From a virus (lineage: Duplodnaviria; Caudoviricetes): a DNA stretch of 64,000 bases. Location: the IMG/VR virus record IMGVR_UViG_3300033067_002132, positions 129,746 to 193,745 of that record, one strand, 5' to 3'. Positions 57,959 through 64,000 of the stretch are shown piece after piece (position 1 is the stretch's first letter; each line of letters begins with the position of its first letter). A program made the translations under genes and the position numbers. The notes beneath the pieces are model-generated. The model saw only the letters and a list, made by a program, of their open reading frames with translations. It was not told where the DNA came from and made no database searches.

Positions 57959-58552
57959 ATGATACAATCTGAATTAAATCTAAATATGAACGTCGTTGAG
58001 CCAAATAATGCAAAAACATTCGATAATTATTTACCACCGTCTTGGGATGAATGGTTTATGCGAATGGTTTATTTAGTTGCAAAAAAAAGTAAAGATACAA
58101 GAACAAAAATAGGTTCTGTTGTTGTTAATGATGATCACAGAATTATTAGTGTTGGATATAATGGTTTTCCTGTTGGTGTTAATGATAATATTAAAGTAAG
58201 ATATGAAAGACCTATTAAATATCATTATTTTGCTCATTCAGAAGCCAATTCTATTTTCTCCGCAGCACGCATTGGTATTTCTTTAAATAAATCTTTTCTA
58301 TACACACAAGGTATACCCTGCACTGAATGTACAAAAGCGATTATACAAGCAGGAATAACTAAAGTAATCGTTCATGAACAATGGATTGAAAATGAAAGAA
58401 AAATAAGAAACTATAATGATTCATCTTCTAAATGGAAAAATCATAACGAAATTTCAATAGAAATGTTTAGAGAATCAGAAATAACATTATTATCATATAA
58501 CAAGATCCTAAATGAAATAGGATATTTAGATGGACAAATAATTAACGTATAG
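57959..58552 (+). CDS. dCMP deaminase
   Basis: SKD..TKIG, GYNGFP, HSEAN, PCTEC. Confidence 0.9.
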   Translation: MIQSELNLNMNVVEPNNAKTFDNYLPPSWDEWFMRMVYLVAKKSKDTRTKIGSVVVNDDHRIISVGYNGFPVGVNDNIKVRYERPIKYHYFAHSEANSIFSAARIGISLNKSFLYTQGIPCTECTKAIIQAGITKVIVHEQWIENERKIRNYNDSSSKWKNHNEISIEMFRESEITLLSYNKILNEIGYLDGQIINV

Positions 58553-58557
58553 ATAAA

Positions 58558-58749
58558 ATGAACAATCAAGATCAAATAGATTATAATAAAAAAGCCATTG
58601 GGCATATCGTTTTTGTTCTAGAAAAAAGAGATTCTTGGGAAGGTAAAATTATTGATGTAAAAAACCACGAAATCTTTATTGTTGAAAGATTATCAGATAG
58701 TAAAAGATTTGATGTTAATATTTTCGATATAAGATATAAAAATGATTAA
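58558..58749 (+). CDS. Hypothetical protein
   Basis: Small ORF in operon. Confidence 0.55.
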   Translation: MNNQDQIDYNKKAIGHIVFVLEKRDSWEGKIIDVKNHEIFIVERLSDSKRFDVNIFDIRYKND

Positions 58750-58972
58750 TACTGAAAAACTTAAATCATTGAATGAAGACGAGGAAGTTCTTCTTTTATA
58801 TAGTTTAAATAATTTTTGTAATCCATTAATTTCCGGCGAAGTAGATTATCAAACTATTGCTTCTTATAATTATGGTTATTTACATCATATATTAAAGAAT
58901 GAGATTACTCCAAAATTAAATCCAACTGGAGAAATATTAATGTCTGGAATCATCAATAAACTTTTTAATTGA
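58742..58972 (+). CDS. Hypothetical protein
   Basis: Small ORF in operon. Confidence 0.55.
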   Translation: MINTEKLKSLNEDEEVLLLYSLNNFCNPLISGEVDYQTIASYNYGYLHHILKNEITPKLNPTGEILMSGIINKLFN

Positions 58973-58997
58973 CGCCAGATAAGATAAGTGATACATT
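58969..58997 (+). promoter_or_regulatory. Sigma70-type promoter TTGACG-17-TACATT with extended TG
   Basis: ttgacg ccagataagataagtga tacatt, 6 nt before GTG 59004. Confidence 0.6.
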
Positions 58998-59003
58998 CAT
59001 TAT

Positions 59004-59555
59004 GTGAATATATTTAAGACTAATCCTTCTCCTGTTATTTCTGCGATAGAGATAAGTAATCGGCTCGTAATAAAAATGCCAACAGAGTGTTCGCAATTAC
59101 TTGCAACAGCATTTTCATTAGAAGAATTGAAATCCGCGCCAAAATGTAAAGATGGTACAGATAGACTTCATTTTAATCCTAAACATCCATGCGCGATTTA
59201 TACAAGAAATACATTACAAAATTTTAATTGGGTGTTAATTCATGCTTTTTGTTTATGTCAAGAATATTTTTGTAGATATAAAAGAGAACATTTTCAAATA
59301 GATTTTATATTATGGTGTGGAAATAACGCTAATAAAATTAATTTTCCAAAATCTGGTTTAGAAAATGTACCGTTAGCAATGCCTGATAAATATAAAACAG
59401 AAAAAGAAGATTATAAGTGTTATCAAAATTATATTAATGGCGAAAAAGAATATTCTCGTTGGCCTTCTGTAGAACTAATACCCTTTTGGTTTAAAGATCG
59501 TTCAGAAAAATATGTAGATAAAAATTTTGTGAATGGAAGTTATATTAAAAGATAA
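59004..59555 (+). CDS. Pyrimidine-dimer DNA glycosylase-like protein
   Basis: MNIF, KMPTECSQLL, HPC, EY..RY.REH, LAMPD. Confidence 0.75.
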   Translation: MNIFKTNPSPVISAIEISNRLVIKMPTECSQLLATAFSLEELKSAPKCKDGTDRLHFNPKHPCAIYTRNTLQNFNWVLIHAFCLCQEYFCRYKREHFQIDFILWCGNNANKINFPKSGLENVPLAMPDKYKTEKEDYKCYQNYINGEKEYSRWPSVELIPFWFKDRSEKYVDKNFVNGSYIKR

Positions 59556-59558
59556 ATT

Positions 59559-59786
59559 ATGAAAGAAACAGAAATCTCAGATTTTGCGCCCGAACCAGAA
59601 AAAATGTTAGAGTTAACTAATTTTGATCTTGAAAAATTAAAAGCTTTAGAAATTGGTCAAAAAATGACAACGGAAAATAGTCTATTTAAAATAGTAAGAA
59701 GTAAAGATAATTATATTATTACTCATGGAAATACTCAGGTTTCTATGCCTGGAATATTCGATAGTATAGGATATATGACCCATTAA
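59559..59786 (+). CDS. Hypothetical protein
   Basis: Small ORF in operon. Confidence 0.5.
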   Translation: MKETEISDFAPEPEKMLELTNFDLEKLKALEIGQKMTTENSLFKIVRSKDNYIITHGNTQVSMPGIFDSIGYMTH

Positions 59787-59790
59787 TTTT

Positions 59791-60249
59791 ATGGTTAAAA
59801 TAATTAATTGTGATATTTTTAAAGCACCGATTGATGTATTAATACACGGTTGTAATTGTTTTAATACAATGGGTGGTGGAATTGCATTCTTTATAAAGAA
59901 TTTATTTCCTGAAGCTTACGAAGCAGATTTAAGAACAAAAAAGGGTGACAGAAAGAAATTAGGAACGTTTAGTTTCGCAACCATTGATAGAAAAGATACT
60001 AATATTAAATATATTTTTAATTTATATCAACAATATGAATTTGGTGGCTATAGACCTTTAAACTATGAGGCTTTTTATAATGGATTAGAATTAATTCGTG
60101 GATCAATAACTAATACTAATTTAGTAATTGGAATCCCATATGGCATAGGTTGTGGCTTAGCAAAAGGAGCTTGGCTAATAGTTTATGAAATGATAAAAGA
60201 GGTTTTTAAAGATTCTACGTTGGAAGTTTTAATTTGTAAGAAAGATTAA
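59791..60249 (+). CDS. Macro domain (ADP-ribose binding/hydrolase)
   Basis: HGCNCFNTMGGGIA, NLYQQ, PYGIGCGLAKGAW. Confidence 0.88.
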   Translation: MVKIINCDIFKAPIDVLIHGCNCFNTMGGGIAFFIKNLFPEAYEADLRTKKGDRKKLGTFSFATIDRKDTNIKYIFNLYQQYEFGGYRPLNYEAFYNGLELIRGSITNTNLVIGIPYGIGCGLAKGAWLIVYEMIKEVFKDSTLEVLICKKD

Positions 60250-60251
60250 AA

Positions 60252-60530
60252 ATGAATAGAGAAAAAATATATTTAACTCAAGAAGAAGCTCAAGATTTAG
60301 CTGGCGATGGTTTAAAAGGTTTTGAGGTTATTCAAAAGGAAATAGTTGGAAAATCTCGTTGGTGCGATGAATATGAAATTGTTGTGAAACGATTATCAGA
60401 TGGTAAATTTTTTCGAGATGGATATAGAAGAGGATCAACCGAAAGTCAAGAGGAATTTCCTTATGAATATACCGAACCGAATTTTACAGAAGTTTTTCCT
60501 AAAGAAAAAGTTATTATAGAATATATTTAA
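60252..60530 (+). CDS. Small conserved phage protein with RW and GSTESQE motifs (possible signal-sequestering anti-defence protein)
   Basis: SRW...GSTESQE...EVFPKEKVIIEY; family assignment from memory only. Confidence 0.45.
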   Translation: MNREKIYLTQEEAQDLAGDGLKGFEVIQKEIVGKSRWCDEYEIVVKRLSDGKFFRDGYRRGSTESQEEFPYEYTEPNFTEVFPKEKVIIEYI

Positions 60531-60531
60531 T

Positions 60532-61083
60532 ATGAATTTATTAAAAGGCGCAAAAACTTATCTAATAGGAAATCTTCAAGATGAAAATGAATCTTTCGCT
60601 TTAAACTGGAGAGATAAATTTACTAATGATGTAAAAGACATGGGGATTATTACTATGTCTCCTTTAGATAAAGTTTATATTAATTTTCCATATGAATGCA
60701 AAGGTTTTAGAGAAGAATTATTCGATAAGATTAATAATGGAAAAATAGATGAAGTTCATAAAATATTTAAGGATATTCGTCGGCGCGATTTATCAATGGT
60801 AGATTCTTCTCAGTTTATTGTTTGTATATTAAACACTAAAATACCTAGTTATGGAACAATAGAAGAATTAGCGGTTGCCTGCCGATCTAATAAACCTGTT
60901 TTTATTCATTTAGTTCCAGAAAATAGTAGAATTCCATTATGGTTATTAGGTATGTTTCGTCCTAGTTGTTTTTATAAATCTGTAGAAGATATTATTTCTG
61001 AATTAAGAAAATATGATTCTGGCGAAAAAGAACTAGATACTAAGTATTGGAAGATTTTTGAACCACAATATTTAAAATATTAA
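60532..61083 (+). CDS. Nucleoside 2-deoxyribosyltransferase-like / nucleotide N-glycosidase
   Basis: YLIG, WR, RRDLSMVD, SYGTIEE, KPV. Confidence 0.75.
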   Translation: MNLLKGAKTYLIGNLQDENESFALNWRDKFTNDVKDMGIITMSPLDKVYINFPYECKGFREELFDKINNGKIDEVHKIFKDIRRRDLSMVDSSQFIVCILNTKIPSYGTIEELAVACRSNKPVFIHLVPENSRIPLWLLGMFRPSCFYKSVEDIISELRKYDSGEKELDTKYWKIFEPQYLKY

Positions 61084-61086
61084 TTT

Positions 61087-61368
61087 ATGCCTTATATCAA
61101 ACAAGAAGAAAGAGAAAAATTAGATTCATTAATTAATCCATTAATTGACGAATTATTTAAGAATAGAAATCCTGGAAATCTTAATTATATAATTTCTAGA
61201 CTTAGTTGGTCTTTATTTGAAACCGATGTTTCGTATAAAAGTGGAAATGAAATAGTCGGTGTTTTAGAATGCGCGAAATTAGAATTTTATAGAAGATTAT
61301 TGAGCGTATATGAAGATCAAAAAAGAAAAGAAAATGGAGATCTTTATGATACCGAACAATACCTCTAA
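61087..61368 (+). CDS. Conserved small phage protein (MPYI...GNLNY...ECAKLEFYRR...NGD; DUF6899-like)
   Basis: Recognisable motif string. Confidence 0.6.
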   Translation: MPYIKQEEREKLDSLINPLIDELFKNRNPGNLNYIISRLSWSLFETDVSYKSGNEIVGVLECAKLEFYRRLLSVYEDQKRKENGDLYDTEQYL

Positions 61369-61531
61369 AGAAACTTTAGATCTTTTAGCAGAAGAAATAT
61401 TAAAAGATCTTTGTGATAGACGATCATTTAAACGTTGGTATAATAGTTTGCACGAAGATATTCAGCCAGAAATCGTAAAAGATATCGTCGAATCTTTAAA
61501 GAAAAATTTGCAATTATGCCAACTATCTTAA
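61346..61531 (+). CDS. Hypothetical protein
   Basis: Small ORF; start uncertain (61310/61334/61346). Confidence 0.45.
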   Translation: MIPNNTSKETLDLLAEEILKDLCDRRSFKRWYNSLHEDIQPEIVKDIVESLKKNLQLCQLS

Positions 61532-62475
61532 ATACTAAATCTCTTTATTATAAAGATGTTAATTTAATCGGACAAAAATGTAAAGTAAAAAGTCGTTCTG
61601 AAATTTTAAGAGAATATAATCGAATTTTTATTTCTCCTATGTCTTGGTTAGTAGGAGAAAAATTTGCAAAAGCCGCTTCTGATTTAGGATTAACAGTTTG
61701 TTTACATAGATTTAATGGTCTTGACGAGCAGATTCGTATTTTTAGATCTTTAGATGTTAATAGAAATACCTTTATATCATTAGGTTTAGATGATCCAATC
61801 GATAAGATTCTTGAACAAACAAATTGCGAAAAAATATTGATAGATGTTGCAAATGGATATATGGTTGATGAAATATCTAAAGTAATCACTAATATCAATT
61901 TTGCTTTTTTACATAAAAAACGATTTTTGCCTGAGATAATTGTAGGAAATATTCATTCTAATTCTGTTATTCCAGATTATCGTTATTTTCAAAATAAAAT
62001 AATTTTTAGAGTAGGAATAGCGAATGGTCAATTATGTGATACAGAAGATTCTACAGGATATAATCGTGGACAAATTACTGAAATAATAGAATGTAGTAAC
62101 TCTATCGATAAAGTAAGTAGATTAATGATCGCGGACGGAGGAATTAAATCCCCCGCTGATTGTGCAAAAGCTTTTGGTGCAGGCGCGGATTATGTAATGT
62201 TAGGTTCTTATTTTAAATATGCAGAAGAAGCTGAAGTTAACGTTAAAGGAGAATCTTTAGTTTATGGTATGGCTTCTGAACATCAATTAAAATTAAGTGG
62301 TAAAAAAAGAGATCATAGTGAAGGAAAAGTTTATTGTTTAGATAAACAAGTGAGTAGAAGACCATTAAAAGATATTATTACCGAATTAACTTCTGCTATA
62401 AACTCGGCGGTTTCTTATTCTGGTCATAAAAGTTGGACCGATTTTATAGGAAAAGGAGTTTTTGAAATAAGATGA
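61516..62475 (+). CDS. GMP reductase / IMPDH-family protein
   Basis: LYYKDV, SPM, LHRF, IDVANGY, VGIANGQLCDT, IADGGIK, AFGAGADYVMLG, YGMAS, SEG. Confidence 0.82.
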   Translation: MPTILNTKSLYYKDVNLIGQKCKVKSRSEILREYNRIFISPMSWLVGEKFAKAASDLGLTVCLHRFNGLDEQIRIFRSLDVNRNTFISLGLDDPIDKILEQTNCEKILIDVANGYMVDEISKVITNINFAFLHKKRFLPEIIVGNIHSNSVIPDYRYFQNKIIFRVGIANGQLCDTEDSTGYNRGQITEIIECSNSIDKVSRLMIADGGIKSPADCAKAFGAGADYVMLGSYFKYAEEAEVNVKGESLVYGMASEHQLKLSGKKRDHSEGKVYCLDKQVSRRPLKDIITELTSAINSAVSYSGHKSWTDFIGKGVFEIR

Positions 62476-62939
62476 ACCAAATAGAAGAAAAAATAATGCA
62501 GGGGAAACTAGATACATTAAATCATATAGATAAAGTTAGAAATAATATTTTAATTTTTGTTCTTGATTTAATGAAAAGAGCGTCCGAACATGATGCCTCT
62601 AAATTACAAAGTCCTGAAGCTGAAGTTTTTGGTGAATTTAGCGGCGAATTAAGTAAAGTAGAATATGGTTCAAAAGAATATTCAGAACTACTTGAAAAAG
62701 TTAAACCAGCCATAGAACATCATTATGCTAATAATCGTCATCATACCGAATACCATAAAAATGGTATAGATGATATGACGTTAATAGATTTAATTGAAAT
62801 GTTATCAGATTGGAAAGCCGCCACTGAACGAAATAAAAATGGTAACATTCGTAAATCTATCGAACATAATAAAGTTAAATATAAAATGTCCGATCAATTA
62901 GCGCGAATATTTGAAAATACAGTAAAAGAATACTTTTAA
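62472..62939 (+). CDS. HD-like protein (DUF5662-like)
   Basis: HDASK, HHYANNRHHTEY, IEMLSDW. Confidence 0.7.
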   Translation: MNQIEEKIMQGKLDTLNHIDKVRNNILIFVLDLMKRASEHDASKLQSPEAEVFGEFSGELSKVEYGSKEYSELLEKVKPAIEHHYANNRHHTEYHKNGIDDMTLIDLIEMLSDWKAATERNKNGNIRKSIEHNKVKYKMSDQLARIFENTVKEYF

Positions 62940-62943
62940 TTAA

Positions 62944-63462
62944 ATGAATAAAACAAAAATAATTTCTTTATTTGGCGGACCCGGAACAGGTAAAAGTACC
63001 ACAGCGGCTACTATCTTTAGTTTTTTAAAAAATCGAGATATTAATTGTGAATTAGTAACAGAATTTGCCAAAGATTTAGTTTGGGCGAATAGATTAGAAG
63101 AATTAAATAATCAAATTTATATATTTGGTAAGCAGCATCATAGAATATTTAGATTATTAAATAAAGTTGATGTAATAGTAACAGACGCTCCATTTTTATT
63201 AGGTTGTGTTTATAACGATAATAAAGTATTACATGAATTAATACTACAAGAATATAGAAAATTAAATACTTATAATATTTTCTTAAACAGAACAAAACAA
63301 TATAATGAATCAGGAAGAACTCAAACATTCGAAAAAGCTAAAAAATTAGATAAAAAAATATTTAAATGTTTAACAAAACATAATTTTAGATTTGATTGTT
63401 TTCCATGTTCTAAAGATTTTGAGCCCGTACTTCTTGAAAACGTTTTAAAATATGTAAAATAA
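62944..63462 (+). CDS. P-loop NTPase/kinase (NadR/AAA_28-like)
   Basis: GGPGTGKST, EFAKDLVW, TDAP, GRTQ. Confidence 0.75.
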   Translation: MNKTKIISLFGGPGTGKSTTAATIFSFLKNRDINCELVTEFAKDLVWANRLEELNNQIYIFGKQHHRIFRLLNKVDVIVTDAPFLLGCVYNDNKVLHELILQEYRKLNTYNIFLNRTKQYNESGRTQTFEKAKKLDKKIFKCLTKHNFRFDCFPCSKDFEPVLLENVLKYVK

Positions 63463-63512
63463 TTATTTTTCATTAGACAAAAGTCAAAAACATTGTAGGA
63501 TAGATATTCGGT

Positions 63513-63546
63513 TAGATCCTAACAACAAAACTTCAAAAAGGATCTA
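63513..63546 (+). promoter_or_regulatory. Leader hairpin (8-bp stem, A/C-rich 18-nt loop) upstream of the DUF2828 gene
   Basis: tagatcct-aacaacaaaacttcaaaa-aggatcta; possible promoter tagaca...taggat at 63474-63501. Confidence 0.45.
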
Positions 63547-63557
63547 GGAAAGGTAAA

Positions 63558-64000
63558 ATGAAATTATCAGAAGCAATTGAAAGACAAACTGTAAAGACGG
63601 TAGCCCCTGGAACCCTAACCATAACTCAAAACGGCGCTATAACGAACGCTACGACCGGGAATGAGGTATTAAACTTCTTCTCACAAATGGGCGCATTACG
63701 TAATCAAAGCGAATCCGTAGTATTAGATCTTTTTAAGAAAGCCTATTTTCAAGATAAGCTTTTAGCATTAAAAGCATTATTTCATGCGCGAGATATTCGT
63801 GGTGGAATGGGAGAACGACGATTATTTAGAACTATTCTTGGTTGGTTAGCAACTAATGATATAGATTCAGTAAAAGCGAATTTAGAAAATATTCCTTTTT
63901 ATGGTCGCTGGGATGATATTTTATCATTATTTGGAACAAATGCAGAAAACCTAGCTCTTGAATTAATTAAGAATCAATTAAAAGCTGATCTTGCGGGTGC
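63558..64000 (+). CDS. DUF2828-family (TROVE/Ro-like) protein, truncated by the window end
   Basis: Not in ORF track; TQNGA..TTG..LNFF, ARDIRGGMGERRLFR, IPFYGRWDD. Confidence 0.82.
   Translation, partial: MKLSEAIERQTVKTVAPGTLTITQNGAITNATTGNEVLNFFSQMGALRNQSESVVLDLFKKAYFQDKLLALKALFHARDIRGGMGERRLFRTILGWLATNDIDSVKANLENIPFYGRWDDILSLFGTNAENLALELIKNQLKADLAG

Noticed and set aside
2303-62475. Genome-wide TGA recoding (code 4/25) suggested by the TGA at 22756
   Set aside because: Several genes end in TGA in ATGA overlaps (2303, 2569, 41117, 44575, 45360, 62475), and gene density is already near complete under code 11
180-62713. Short antisense ORFs in the track (e.g. 180-380, 4488-4673, 6743-6949, 14029-14268, 14796-14993, 29412-29699, 31150-31398, 31489-31683, 56832-57077, 61548-61898, 62522-62713)
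   Set aside because: Fully overlap well-supported genes on the opposite strand and show no motifs

Overview
A very AT-rich, gene-dense 64-kb segment of a large tailed dsDNA phage genome (standard code 11; no rRNA, tRNA or CRISPR seen). From left to right it holds: (i) two multi-domain glycosyltransferase genes directly downstream of a 2484-aa fibre gene. The fibre is built of about 440 proline-poor, Ser/Thr-saturated Gly-X-Y triplets, four repeated globular beads and a C-terminal S74-type chaperone. (ii) A lambda-like tail-tip cassette M-L-K-I-J, with three divergent tail-tube-like paralogues. (iii) More glycosyltransferases. (iv) A replication/recombination block: DnaE split into PHP / DnaQ / polymerase genes, primase, DnaB and RecA. 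(v) A nucleotide-sugar, methyltransferase and GT2 operon. (vi) A class II ribonucleotide reductase whose LAGLIDADG intein ends in Arg instead of Asn. (vii) A phage sigma factor, a strand switch and an array of GGGTWWACCC palindromes (candidate origin). (viii) A + strand block of nucleotide-metabolism and possible counter-defence genes. The best candidate for an undescribed system is a phage-encoded, virion-wide protein O-glycosylation system. It would combine about 11 GT domains (including a TibC/Aah-type transferase), 4 methyltransferase domains and a deoxy/branched-sugar pathway, apparently co-regulated with structural genes by a GTGTAA motif. Structural proteins are strongly enriched in a [S/T]-G dipeptide that may be the acceptor motif. 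All functional calls come from motif recognition by eye; no database searches were run.
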